From positions 1 through 35,681 of the IMG/VR virus record IMGVR_UViG_3300031452_000084: a stretch of 35,681 nt of DNA; one strand, written 5' to 3'. The notes under the pieces were generated by a model. It ran no database searches. It had not been told where the DNA came from and saw only the letters and a program-made list of their open reading frames with translations. This DNA is from a virus (lineage: Duplodnaviria > Caudoviricetes). Shown one piece after another: positions 1-8,436 of the stretch. The translations under genes and the position numbers were made by a program. The first letter of the stretch is position 1; each line of letters begins with the position of its first letter.

Positions 1-1307
1 GTGGGAAAAGCCTTGGTGGTACGTAGAATCTCCCACGCCGTGATCTGCGCGGTGAGGTCCGCGATCGTGGCGTAGGCGCGTTGCAACGCGTCCCGCTGCA
101 CAAGCTCCCGCTGCACAAGCTCCCGCTGCACAAGCTCCCGCTCAGTCAGCGGTGTGTCGCCCTGCGCGTCCTCCTCGTCTGTGCCTGGCTGTTTGCGTGC
201 CTCGGCGTCGGCCAGGTCACGGATGATGTCGTCGAGGTGCGCGTGGGGGACGGGCGGCTGGCAGCGATCCGCCCACGGTCGCAAGATGACGCCTATCTCG
301 CGGGGGCTGAGCCTGCGATGGAGGTAGTGACCGACGAGCTTCAGCAGGACAGTGCGGCGCTGTCCTGCCGGAGCGCCCTCTTCGAGCAAGCGGGCGTACT
401 CATCATCGCCGTTAGTATCATCGCATGAGGCGCGATCGTCGCCGCTCGCCGCGCCGCGCCGCTGTGCCGTGCCGCGCTTGGCTGAGGGCGCTTGGGCCGC
501 CAGGGATTCAAGCTGGGCGCGGGTGACGATGCCCGCGCCGTCGGGGTAGACCGCTGTGGCGCGGCGCCAGGGCCGTTCAGGGGTGTTTTCACCCTTCGCC
601 GTGACCGTGCCGGGGATGCGGGTGATGCGTGCGGTGTTGGAGTTGGCGACATCGACCGTGGCGGTCGCCGTGGTGAAGCGCGCGGAGAGGGCCTCCAGGT
701 CTCGCTTGATAAGCTGCCTGGACATCTCATCGTTCGGGAGGTCGATCTCGTACAGGAGCCCGCCACCATTGCCCGAGGATGTCTCGACGCGGGGTGGCGC
801 CCAACCCAGGCCGTCCAGGTAGGCGCGGATCTCGTCGCGCCTTACCAACGCGGCGGCGCGCTCCTTGTCTGTGGCGGACACGCCGGTCGGATTGGCCGCG
901 TCGATGTCAATGAGGAGATGCCGTCGCATCAGGATGTGCTCGTCGGGGGTTGTATCGCCTTTATAGGCGCGGGTGGCCCCTTTATTAAAGGGGCGGCGGC
1001 GTGTCCCGTCTTTCTTCAGCGCCAACGTTGGCGCGTCGGGATCGACCGGGTTCATGGTGAGGTAGACGCCGGCCGCGTAGCTAGGGTGGATGTGCTGCGC
1101 GGCCGCTACAAAAGCGTGCTGGTCGGTGAAGTAGGCGCTGTCGATGATTTTCTTGCCGTATTGGTCGGTTTCCTGGCGGATGATACGCATCTCACAGATG
1201 CCGCCCGGTTCGGTCATGGCGTCCCAGAACGCGCCAATGGCGGCCGGGTCGGTGGTAGGGTACAGGTTCTGTGTCGTCTGATAGTCGCGGGCTGTTGCGG
1301 CGCTCAT
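1..1307 (-). CDS. RepB/AEP-type primase with PriCT-like domain (replication protein), runs off the window edge
   Basis: Hand translation from ATG 1307 (SD GGGGGTGG) is open to the edge, about 435 aa. Motifs: GVYLTMNP, LLIDIDA (DxD), SSGNG, NTARITRIPGT, then GQRRTVLLKLVGHYL...WADRCQPPV (PriCT-1-like). Absent from the ORF track because there is no stop in the window. Confidence 0.8.
   Translation of the reverse strand, partial: MSAATARDYQTTQNLYPTTDPAAIGAFWDAMTEPGGICEMRIIRQETDQYGKKIIDSAYFTDQHAFVAAAQHIHPSYAAGVYLTMNPVDPDAPTLALKKDGTRRRPFNKGATRAYKGDTTPDEHILMRRHLLIDIDAANPTGVSATDKERAAALVRRDEIRAYLDGLGWAPPRVETSSGNGGGLLYEIDLPNDEMSRQLIKRDLEALSARFTTATATVDVANSNTARITRIPGTVTAKGENTPERPWRRATAVYPDGAGIVTRAQLESLAAQAPSAKRGTAQRRGAASGDDRASCDDTNGDDEYARLLEEGAPAGQRRTVLLKLVGHYLHRRLSPREIGVILRPWADRCQPPVPHAHLDDIIRDLADAEARKQPGTDEEDAQGDTPLTERELVQRELVQRELVQRDALQRAYATIADLTAQITAWEILRTTKAFP
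91..142. repeat. 15-bp tandem repeat, about 3.5 copies, encoding ELVQR in the primase
   Basis: TCCCGCTGCACAAGC at 91, 106 and 121, plus a partial copy at 136. Confidence 0.95.
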
Positions 1308-1339
1308 CGTCCACCCCCTACCAAATGAGGGTGTGGACG

Positions 1340-1437
1340 TGCTACAATATAGATAGCGCTCATAGCGCGTAACTCCGTTTTCTACTACGGCCGGTTGCAC
1401 AAAACATCTTGGCGGGTGACTTGTGTAGCCGGTTTTT
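1340..1437 (+). ncRNA. Putative counter-transcribed antisense RNA to the primase leader
   Basis: Extended -10 TGcTACAAT at 1340-1348. 12-bp stem 1391-1402/1421-1432 whose two mismatches are G-U pairs on the + strand, followed by TTTTT. Confidence 0.55.
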
Positions 1438-1522
1438 CATGTCCTGCGATAGTCTCGCAGTGGCATTGCCCTGTCATTGACCCCTTGTGACGGTAGTCGT
1501 CTATCATCTATGATGGAAGGCA

Positions 1523-1588
1523 ACGACACAACGGGCGTCAACCCGTACCTTTGCCAAATGAGGCGGCTCACCTTTGAGCCTGTGTCGT
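1523..1588. ncRNA. tRNA-like four-way-junction RNA (C4/CI-antisense-like)
   Basis: Closing stem ACGACACA/TGTGTCGT with arms ACGGG/CCCGT, CCT..TTGCCAAA..AGG and GGCTCA/TGAGCC. Lacks canonical tRNA signatures. Strand uncertain. Confidence 0.5.
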
Positions 1589-1604
1589 GCTGCGGAGCGC
1601 GTAA

Positions 1605-1655
1605 CCCCGGTCTCTTTGTCTGCTAAACTTGTGGCCGGGGTATGTGCTTTTCTCT
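1605..1655 (+). terminator. GC hairpin followed by a T-rich tract
   Basis: CCCCGGTC...GGCCGGGG then TATGTGCTTTTCTCTTTT. Confidence 0.4.
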
Positions 1656-1657
1656 TT

Positions 1658-1870
1658 TCATGAGGCCATCGCTGGCTCCTTCTCTTTGGCCACGGCCCGC
1701 GTCAGCTTGTCGAGTTCGTCCCGGCGGACAACCCAGCCCTTGCCAATCTTGCGAGCGGGCAGTATCCCCGTTTGGCACCAGAACCTGACGGTCGATGGCG
1801 CGGCTCCCAGGAGTTCGGCCGCGTCCCGTGCGGAGACGGCAATGGGTGTCAATTCAGGATTTCTCATCAT
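1658..1870 (-). CDS. Excisionase-like HTH_17 DNA-binding protein
   Basis: VSARDAAELLGAAPSTVRFWCQTGILPARKIGKGWVV; SD GAGAGGGG. Confidence 0.85.
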   Translation of the reverse strand: MMRNPELTPIAVSARDAAELLGAAPSTVRFWCQTGILPARKIGKGWVVRRDELDKLTRAVAKEKEPAMAS

Positions 1871-1967
1871 CCTATCCCCTCTCGTTGACTAGCGTTTCTA
1901 GCATCTACCCTAGTCTAACCTACTTTATCGCGTTTAATCGGCCTAACATACTCCCCTGGTGAAAACG

Positions 1968-2876
1968 TCACGATTTAGGCGTTTTTGGTGGCCGGCCGCG
2001 GGGTAAGGGCGGCAGGTTGTTGGTCTCTCGATAGAGGCGGATGAGTTTGCGCACCCCGTCGCCTGATCCTATCCGCCCAACCACGGACCCGTCGTCAGCC
2101 GTCAGTGCGGCGGTGAAAGCGGGGTTTTCGGCGATCTCCTCGGCGCCGTTCGTTTCATAGAGTCGATTGGCGATCTCTCCCGCGAACAGACGCCTTTCCG
2201 CCTTCATGTCGCGCCTGCTCTTGGCTGTTTGGCTCGTTCCATAGGGTAAACGGTCAACTTGCCGTGCATCCTCAAAGAGAGTCATCTCGATGCGTTGGGC
2301 AATGTCCCACTGCTCACCCCTGATGTCCTCCTGGCGCTCCAGTCGGGGCGATCCCTCCTCATCTATCTTTATGACGAAGGGCCAGGGGTAGCATGGGTCA
2401 ATAATGTCACTCCCTTCTCGTATCTCTTCGGGCCAGCATAGCAAGTGTCCGACGAGCAAGTAATAGTGCTTGTTCCGGCGCAACTTGCCGGGAGTAAACA
2501 CCCCAGCGCCCTCCCGTATCGTGTTTGTGATGACTTGAAACGCTAGGTGTCCCTCGGGAGATAGCTTAACCGGAGGTGGCACACTTGGCCATAGATCGAC
2601 GGGAACAAAAGGGCCGGCCGCCGTGGTCGCCATAGCGAGCACCATATTCAAATAGTCGGGGATAACCCTCAAGTCAGCGGCGCTGAACATAGTCAGCCAT
2701 CGCTGATGAGCAGCTTGAAACTCTGGTCCGTTGCGCCACCACGTAATACCGCCCGCCTTCCATAGCTCGGCGATGATGGGATTTAAGCGCGCATCTTGTG
2801 CGGCGCGCTCGTCAGATGTGAACGTGAACGCGGGCACGAACGGGACGGGGGCGGACGCGGACATGGCGGTGCTCAC
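1968..2876 (-). CDS. Hypothetical protein with C-terminal AT-hook-like PRGRPPK
   Basis: About 300-aa ORF. GTG 2876 overlaps the recombinase stop (GTGA) and follows a GGGGGAG SD. Confidence 0.65.
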   Translation of the reverse strand: MSTAMSASAPVPFVPAFTFTSDERAAQDARLNPIIAELWKAGGITWWRNGPEFQAAHQRWLTMFSAADLRVIPDYLNMVLAMATTAAGPFVPVDLWPSVPPPVKLSPEGHLAFQVITNTIREGAGVFTPGKLRRNKHYYLLVGHLLCWPEEIREGSDIIDPCYPWPFVIKIDEEGSPRLERQEDIRGEQWDIAQRIEMTLFEDARQVDRLPYGTSQTAKSRRDMKAERRLFAGEIANRLYETNGAEEIAENPAFTAALTADDGSVVGRIGSGDGVRKLIRLYRETNNLPPLPRGRPPKTPKS

Positions 2877-3910
2877 GTCCACTCCCCCACGGACTGATGC
2901 AACTCTGACCGATCGCGCTTCGCATAGGTCCGGCTCGTTTCGACGTGCGCGTGCCCCAATTGGGCCGCTACCTGTAACAAGTCGTGCGTCTGCCCATAAA
3001 GACGCGTTCCGGCCGTGTGCCGCAAGCTATGGAGCCCGCGCTCGGCGACGCCGGCCTCCTCGGTGAGGCGCTTGATGCGATACCACGCGGCCTGGCGTGT
3101 GCGGTAGGGCAACACGTACTCATCGGCCTGGGCGTGCGGGATGGCCGCTAGCGCCTGTCGTAGCCCCTTCGACAGCACGACCGTTCGACGTTTGTCGCCC
3201 TTACCGTGCGTTATGACAAGTTCCTTCGTCGTCATGTTGACATCGGCCCACCGTAGCCCGAGCATCTCGCTCGCCCTCAAGGCGCCATGCGCCCCGAGCA
3301 GCACGAGCACGCGGTCGAGCCGTGCCATGGTCTTGGCGGCGGGTCCACCCTCGGCCTCGCGGCGGTCGATGACGGCGAGCAGGGCCGACACCTCATCCTC
3401 GCCGTAGGCGGCGCGCTTCTCCCAACTGGCCGTGCTATCGTGTGGCGCCCGCGCCTCGCCGAAGGGATCGGCCGTTGTCGCCCTGCACCATCGTAAGGCC
3501 CGATAGAGTAACCGCCCCGCGGCGAGGTGTACTTGGACCGTTGACGGCTGGTAGCCTCCGCGCTGTCCCGTGCCTGCCTGGAGAGTGGCCACCCAGGCCG
3601 CGCCGGCGTCGTCGTCGTTGGGGGCATCGGGATGGAGCATGGACACCGTGGCCCAGTCCGCGATGAGATGGGCGATAGCCTCACGGTACCGCGCGCGGGT
3701 CCTGTCTGATGTTCCGATGCCTGCCCGCCCCTTGAGGGTGAGGTACGCGTCGGCTAGAGACCACAACGCGTCGGTGTCGTGGGCGAGCGCGGCCGCCATG
3801 GCACGTCGCCGCCGCGCATCGGCTGGCATATCTGTCCAGCCTCTCATGCGGTCAGTAGGAGCAGCTCCGCGCCCGTCGTGGAGCACCAGCGCCCGCGTTT
3901 GCTCGCCCAT
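2873..3910 (-). CDS. Tyrosine recombinase (integrase/Xer-like)
   Basis: Catalytic set GALRASE (R), GKGDK (K), HSLRH, LGH and TYA (Y). Confidence 0.95.
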   Translation of the reverse strand: MGEQTRALVLHDGRGAAPTDRMRGWTDMPADARRRRAMAAALAHDTDALWSLADAYLTLKGRAGIGTSDRTRARYREAIAHLIADWATVSMLHPDAPNDDDAGAAWVATLQAGTGQRGGYQPSTVQVHLAAGRLLYRALRWCRATTADPFGEARAPHDSTASWEKRAAYGEDEVSALLAVIDRREAEGGPAAKTMARLDRVLVLLGAHGALRASEMLGLRWADVNMTTKELVITHGKGDKRRTVVLSKGLRQALAAIPHAQADEYVLPYRTRQAAWYRIKRLTEEAGVAERGLHSLRHTAGTRLYGQTHDLLQVAAQLGHAHVETSRTYAKRDRSELHQSVGEWT

Positions 3911-4042
3911 CGTTCACACTCCCTGTCACCCGCGCTATCGCGTGCCCTGCGCTATCTGTCGTTACCTGCGACAATGGGCGATTGTCCGACGCCAACGAGG
4001 CGTACACTAATGCGACAGATGCCCAATTCGGTTAAAAGCGGC

Positions 4043-4912
4043 CTAGACGACGGCCGCTTCCTCTTCCCGTTGCGCCGACCGTAGCATGCCGCGATCGCGC
4101 GTGTCGCGGACGACGAACCGACGCGGCCCGTCCCCCTCGGCCGTCCGCAGCTTCGTGGCAGTCGCTCTGGCGTCCTTCTCGATGCGGAAGGGGCCAGCGG
4201 CTATCTCCTCGATGCGCTCCATCCAGTCCAGGTCCCGCGCCGCAGCTTTACGATCGACAATCCCGAGGTCGAGCCCGTCAGGTTCGATACCCAGGTCGGC
4301 GGGCTCGTAGCGATAGGCGATCACGTCAAACGTTTGGTCGCCTGCATCGACTAGGCCCACGCCAACGAGTTCCGTGAAACTGAACCCCATGTACGGGGGG
4401 TCAAACTCAAACTGCCCGTCCTCGTCGCTGTACTCCGATGCGACACGTTCAACGGCGTCTACCACGGCGAACGCCTCGGCGAACGTGAGCAGGCGTAGGC
4501 GAGCGATAAGCTCGTCAATATCGACCTCCGCATGGGGGAATGGCTCCATGCGCGCGCGCGCTTCCGCCGTCAAGCGCATCCCCATCCTCGAAAGGATGTC
4601 TGCCTTCCTCGTGCGGTCGTCCTCTATGACGTCCTTCATGCGCGCGACGTACGCCCACACCATCAGCGGGTCAACACGGTATGCGCCATCGTCGTCGCGG
4701 CCATGCCGTCCTGGACCAGGCGCGGCCGCCTCCGTGACTGCGCGCACGATGACGCGCGCCTCCCCAATCGTGAACGTGGGCAAGGAACGACGTAGCACGC
4801 TGTAGTAACGCCCGAGGTCGCGCTTGGCCACGACGGATTCGCGCCCCTGCGTGGCCCGCGCCTCGATCTCCTCCTCTATGTCCCCTGCGCTGTACTGAAT
4901 CTTTAACGCCAT
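4043..4912 (-). CDS. Hypothetical protein with possible N-terminal ribbon-helix-helix
   Basis: 289-aa ORF with its own consensus promoter. N-terminal strand-helix-helix pattern ending SVVAKRDLGRYY. Confidence 0.6.
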   Translation of the reverse strand: MALKIQYSAGDIEEEIEARATQGRESVVAKRDLGRYYSVLRRSLPTFTIGEARVIVRAVTEAAAPGPGRHGRDDDGAYRVDPLMVWAYVARMKDVIEDDRTRKADILSRMGMRLTAEARARMEPFPHAEVDIDELIARLRLLTFAEAFAVVDAVERVASEYSDEDGQFEFDPPYMGFSFTELVGVGLVDAGDQTFDVIAYRYEPADLGIEPDGLDLGIVDRKAAARDLDWMERIEEIAAGPFRIEKDARATATKLRTAEGDGPRRFVVRDTRDRGMLRSAQREEEAAVV

Positions 4913-4950
4913 GTTTGATCCCCCCCCTTTGATACCTACTCATGCAGTAA

Positions 4951-4994
4951 GATACTAACTATGTAATAGTATCCAGATAGATACAATGTGTCAA
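4951..4994 (-). promoter_or_regulatory. Sigma70 promoter with palindromic operator
   Basis: TTGACA (4994-4989), 17 bp, TACTAT (4971-4966). Palindrome GATACTA-N9-TAGTATC at 4951-4973 overlaps the -10. Confidence 0.75.
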
Positions 4995-5048
4995 GGGAGA
5001 AGTGTTTCACATGTGGGGGGAGATGGGCGCTCATTATGACTCTTAGTA

Positions 5049-5330
5049 GGCCCTAACGTAGCGAAGGTCCAAATTCCGGCAAAGTGACGGCCAGTTCGGC
5101 CAGAGAGTAGTAGCGGTCGACCATCGTGCCGCTCTCATTTGTTCGTAGAATGCGCATACGACGAACTTCTTCGACTTCCAGGCATCGATGGAACGGGGTC
5201 AACGCCGGCAAGCGCCCCCGTACTTCGCAGTCAATGGGCTAGAGCGAAGTCGCTGCGCATGACTGGCTATGGAGCAGCGCGTGAAGTCGCCCTAGTTTGC
5301 CGAAATTTCGACCTTCGCTACGTTAAGGCC
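5049..5330. mobile_element. MITE-like element with 35-bp terminal inverted repeats
   Basis: 5049-5083 and 5296-5330 match 32/35 in inverted orientation. Flanks are TAGTA and GAGTA. No transposase inside. Confidence 0.6.
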
Positions 5331-5565
5331 GAGTATCCGCGCCACCATCCTCACCGCCGCCGTCCCACTCTAGCGCGGCGCGCTGCTGGTCCGCCTCACC
5401 GTGCTGCATGGCGAAGTTGGAGCCGACGTAGCCGCGCCAGGCGCTCTGACCGGGGCTCGCGGCGACGTAGCCGGCGAAGACATCCCGCCCGTCGGGCAGC
5501 ACGGCGCGGGCCTCAAGCAGATCGGAGCCGCGCTCAATCCAGTGGATCACAATCGCCGTGCTCAT
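5323..5565 (-). CDS. Small hypothetical protein; stop codon lies inside the inverted repeat
   Basis: ATG 5565 after GAGGG; MSTAIVIHW... Confidence 0.45.
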   Translation of the reverse strand: MSTAIVIHWIERGSDLLEARAVLPDGRDVFAGYVAASPGQSAWRGYVGSNFAMQHGEADQQRAALEWDGGGEDGGADTRP

Positions 5566-5591
5566 GGCTTCGCCCTCTTGCTTATTCACCG

Positions 5592-6602
5592 TTACCCCGC
5601 GCGCAACTCGGTGGTGAAGTCGACCCATAACTGGCCCAATGTCTGCCCCATATCGGGCTCGATGCCAACGGCGATGCGTGCGTCAGTTAGAGCGCACGAC
5701 CAAAAAGGCACGCCGAAGTCGTGCAGGGTGCCGCTAGAGTCGGGTCGGGACCAAAACGAGAACCACGCCACGCTCTCACGAAGGGCTGTCCGTCGCCGCT
5801 TGTAGTGAGCGGCCAGGCCACGTAATGGCGCGGCCAAGCCTGGCTTCTCGATTTCCGCAAGGCACAGCGCATCGTTATATCCCTGCTCCACCCAGGACAG
5901 GATATGATCCTCGACCAGCGCGGTATACGCGGGGACGGCGTTGCCGTCGAATAACACGCGCTCTATACTCATACCAGCTTCCGGGAGGATGTGAAACCGC
6001 GATGGCGGTTGTGGGGAGAGGATGCGCTGGACCTGTTCCACCGGGACTCCCAATACCTGCGCGATCTCCGGCGCAGGCAGCCCCTCCGTGTCGAGGAGGA
6101 GAGTGTAGCGACAGCATTGGTCCCACCACTCTTGGCAGACGCGTGCTCGCTCCTCTAGAGGCTGGGCGAGGATGTACCAGCGCGGCACGGCGGCGCTCCC
6201 GGTGTCATCACCCGCTGCCGGCCCCTGGTCCGCGGATTCGCCTGTCCCTGTACGCGACGGGGCCGCTAGGAGCGCGACAGCCTGGGTCATGGACAAATCC
6301 GCAACCGTTGCGCTTTTGTGTGCTTCCAACCAGGCGGGCCACTCGCGCGCTAGCTTCATGTACAACTGCGCCGTGCGTTCCGAAACGGTGCGGTGATCGC
6401 GTAGCCAGTCAGCCCATTGACCATGGACGACCTGTCCCTTTGCTTGGGTTAGCAGGGTGCCGGCGTTAAGCGCATGGTCGAGGGTTGAGCGCGCCGCCTC
6501 GGCGCAGTGGTGGTGTTCGTCGTTGATGCGCCGCGCCAGGTCCTCCAGCGCGATCGCGCCGTCTACGACGGGCACGTTGGTCAGTGCGTTATTGTTGCTC
6601 AT
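5592..6602 (-). CDS. DUF3102-domain protein
   Basis: ALNAGTLLTQAKGQVVHGQWADWL...SERTAQLYMKLA; ATGA-coupled to the upstream gene. Confidence 0.8.
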   Translation of the reverse strand: MSNNNALTNVPVVDGAIALEDLARRINDEHHHCAEAARSTLDHALNAGTLLTQAKGQVVHGQWADWLRDHRTVSERTAQLYMKLAREWPAWLEAHKSATVADLSMTQAVALLAAPSRTGTGESADQGPAAGDDTGSAAVPRWYILAQPLEERARVCQEWWDQCCRYTLLLDTEGLPAPEIAQVLGVPVEQVQRILSPQPPSRFHILPEAGMSIERVLFDGNAVPAYTALVEDHILSWVEQGYNDALCLAEIEKPGLAAPLRGLAAHYKRRRTALRESVAWFSFWSRPDSSGTLHDFGVPFWSCALTDARIAVGIEPDMGQTLGQLWVDFTTELRAG

Positions 6603-7105
6603 GACTGTCCTCCTAAATGGCGTTCACGTCGTAATTGCTCTAACCGCTCCATGATAAGCCTGCGACACACTGTCGCGCCCGGTGTGGCGTCACGCGCAGC
6701 CAGGCGCTCGACCTCCTGGCCGGCCTGTGGCGTGAGGCGCAGCATTGTGCGCCATGACAGATCGGGCGCGTTTTCTTTCTCGCAACCCATTAACGGCGAC
6801 CAGCCGGGCATATTGGTGCCATTAAGGGCCGGTTGGAAGTGAGCGATGCACGCCTGCTCCAGCTCGTTGAGCAGGCTAACGCCGTCTACAGTCATCCAGG
6901 CGATGCGACAGCCGCCGTGCTCGTTAAGCTGGGCGAGGCGATGGTGCGCTAACCACCGCTGCCGGACGTTGACCGACTGGCCGATGTAGAGCACGGTATC
7001 GCCGGCCAGGACGAAGTAGATGGCGGCTGTGTCAGGCAGTTCGCGGCGCTCGTCGAGCGGAAGTGAGGGGAGCGCGGTTGGGTTGATGGTGGTGGGGCTA
7101 GTCAT
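6599..7105 (-). CDS. GIY-YIG nuclease with C-terminal RHH-like segment
   Basis: AIYFVLAGDTVLYIGQSVNVRQRW...ELEQACIAHFQPALN. Confidence 0.85.
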   Translation of the reverse strand: MTSPTTINPTALPSLPLDERRELPDTAAIYFVLAGDTVLYIGQSVNVRQRWLAHHRLAQLNEHGGCRIAWMTVDGVSLLNELEQACIAHFQPALNGTNMPGWSPLMGCEKENAPDLSWRTMLRLTPQAGQEVERLAARDATPGATVCRRLIMERLEQLRRERHLGGQS

Positions 7106-7293
7106 TGACAACCCCCCGCTTCAATGCCTAACCGGCGCTCCTCCTCGTCTAACTTCTCAATCACCCACAGCCGAGCCAGCACGGAGAATGGCACCGCCTT
7201 ACGCTCTGCCACGCGCCGCAGCCGCTGTGCAACAGGCGGCGGGAATAGGACGGTTACCCGTGTCTCTTTTTCGTCCCGGTTGATATCCGGCAT
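7102..7293 (-). CDS. CopG/RHH-family regulator
   Basis: RVTVLFPPPVAQRLRRVAERKAVPFSVLARLWVIEKL; ATG 7293. Confidence 0.75.
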   Translation of the reverse strand: MPDINRDEKETRVTVLFPPPVAQRLRRVAERKAVPFSVLARLWVIEKLDEEERRLGIEAGGCQ

Positions 7294-7399
7294 TGTTTCG
7301 GCCCCCTGGTCAATCGTCAGTGCATCCATGTGCAACACCCCCTTATAATACGACGCGATAACGGCAAGTGCACGCTATCTAAACTCTATTATATCAAAG

Positions 7400-7428
7400 T
7401 TGACACGTCGTTATAACTAGGTTATACT
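7400..7428 (+). promoter_or_regulatory. Consensus sigma70 promoter with overlapping palindrome
   Basis: TTGACA 7400-7405, 17 bp, TATACT 7423-7428. TATAAC-TAG-GTTATA at 7412-7426. Confidence 0.8.
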
Positions 7429-7455
7429 GGTGGAGTAGGGAATGACCTACACACA

Positions 7456-7489
7456 AAAAAGCCGAGGCGCTGCGACAACAGCCCTCGGC
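7456..7489 (-). terminator. Intrinsic terminator-like hairpin facing the minus strand
   Basis: A-run followed by GCCGAGG...CCTCGGC. Confidence 0.5.
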
Positions 7490-7513
7490 ACGACACAGCG
7501 AGGTACGATCGCC

Positions 7514-8011
7514 ATGCACACTCAGTCTACGGCCACACACACCACGCCCGCTAGCACTTTTCGTCCGCGCGTTCGCCGTCTTGGCCCTGGTCACTATTTA
7601 GTAGAGAGCGCGAGTAAGCCCGGTACCGGCCATCCCGTCACGGTCGATCACTGCCCCTGCAAGGGCTTTTCGTACCGGGGGACCTGCTGCCACGTCGCCC
7701 TCGTCCGCGCGATGGAGCCGGCGATGCAGCAGTGGTACGGGCAGGCCGCGCCACCAGCGGCTCCCATGGTCGTCGTGCCGATGTCGGCGGGCGCCCCCAG
7801 TGGGATTAAGCGGCCGGTCATGCCCACGCCGCCCGCCGTCGCCAGCCTCGACGCTCAGGCCGAGGAGGCCGAGATGAGGCTGGCCCATGCGCGGCGGGCG
7901 CTTCACGAGGCGGACCCCCGCGACGACCTCTACGCCGTCCTGTGGCGGCAGCTCGATGCGTTGGAGCGTGAAGTAGCCGCGCTGCATTATCAGGCCATGA
8001 AAGCGGCGTAG
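7514..8011 (+). CDS. SWIM zinc-finger protein with C-terminal coiled coil
   Basis: YLVESAS...CPCKGFSYRGTCCH (CxC...CxH); ATG 7514 after GAGGT. Confidence 0.75.
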   Translation: MHTQSTATHTTPASTFRPRVRRLGPGHYLVESASKPGTGHPVTVDHCPCKGFSYRGTCCHVALVRAMEPAMQQWYGQAAPPAAPMVVVPMSAGAPSGIKRPVMPTPPAVASLDAQAEEAEMRLAHARRALHEADPRDDLYAVLWRQLDALEREVAALHYQAMKAA

Positions 8012-8014
8012 ACG

Positions 8015-8230
8015 ATGCGCCCCACAACGGTCACCACCACGAAGGCCCCCGCATCACAGGATGCGGGGGCGGCCGCCGAGATCGCCGCCGAGCGCCCTAC
8101 CTATCGCTACGCCGGCGACGGGCGCTTCTTGCCGGCCAATGCCGCCGCCGTCGAGGAATGCGCCGCCTGGAATGAGTACGCCGGCAGGATCATGGCTCGC
8201 AGTGCGGCCGCCAAGAGCCTACGTCAATGA
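8015..8230 (+). CDS. Hypothetical protein
   Basis: Tightly packed in the operon; ATGA overlap with the next gene. Confidence 0.6.
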   Translation: MRPTTVTTTKAPASQDAGAAAEIAAERPTYRYAGDGRFLPANAAAVEECAAWNEYAGRIMARSAAAKSLRQ

Positions 8231-8436
8231 CCATCTCACAGCCAGTACCACCGGCGCTTGTGATACCCGACGCGCCCGCGTGGGCGCTTTACATCTACGG
8301 TACACACGCTTTCTTCACCTATGACGGTCGCCTCATCGCGGATGCCCCCGTGGCGACGCCGGCTGAGGACGCACGCATCATGGGCGTCTTTAATCGTCTC
8401 ACCCAGCACACCACGCAAAGGAGCACAAGGCCATGA
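8227..8436 (+). CDS. Hypothetical protein
   Basis: ATGA overlaps at both ends. Confidence 0.6.
   Translation: MTISQPVPPALVIPDAPAWALYIYGTHAFFTYDGRLIADAPVATPAEDARIMGVFNRLTQHTTQRSTRP

Noticed and set aside
91-142. CRISPR array
   Set aside because: Contiguous repeats with no spacers, and no cas genes.
81-1328. Plus-strand ORFs 81..428 and 492..1328
   Set aside because: Antisense shadows of the primase gene.
1523-1588. Canonical tRNA or attB
   Set aside because: No TTC T-loop, conserved D-loop or standard 7-nt anticodon loop.
5036-5100. Resemblance to the 23S rRNA CCTAAGGTAGCGAAATTCC segment
   Set aside because: The match is short and gapped, there is no rRNA context, and the inverted repeat explains the sequence.
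5049-5330. Integron attC (…TAAC/GTTA…)
   Set aside because: Much longer than attC sites, single copy, and the recombinase shows no evident IntI features.
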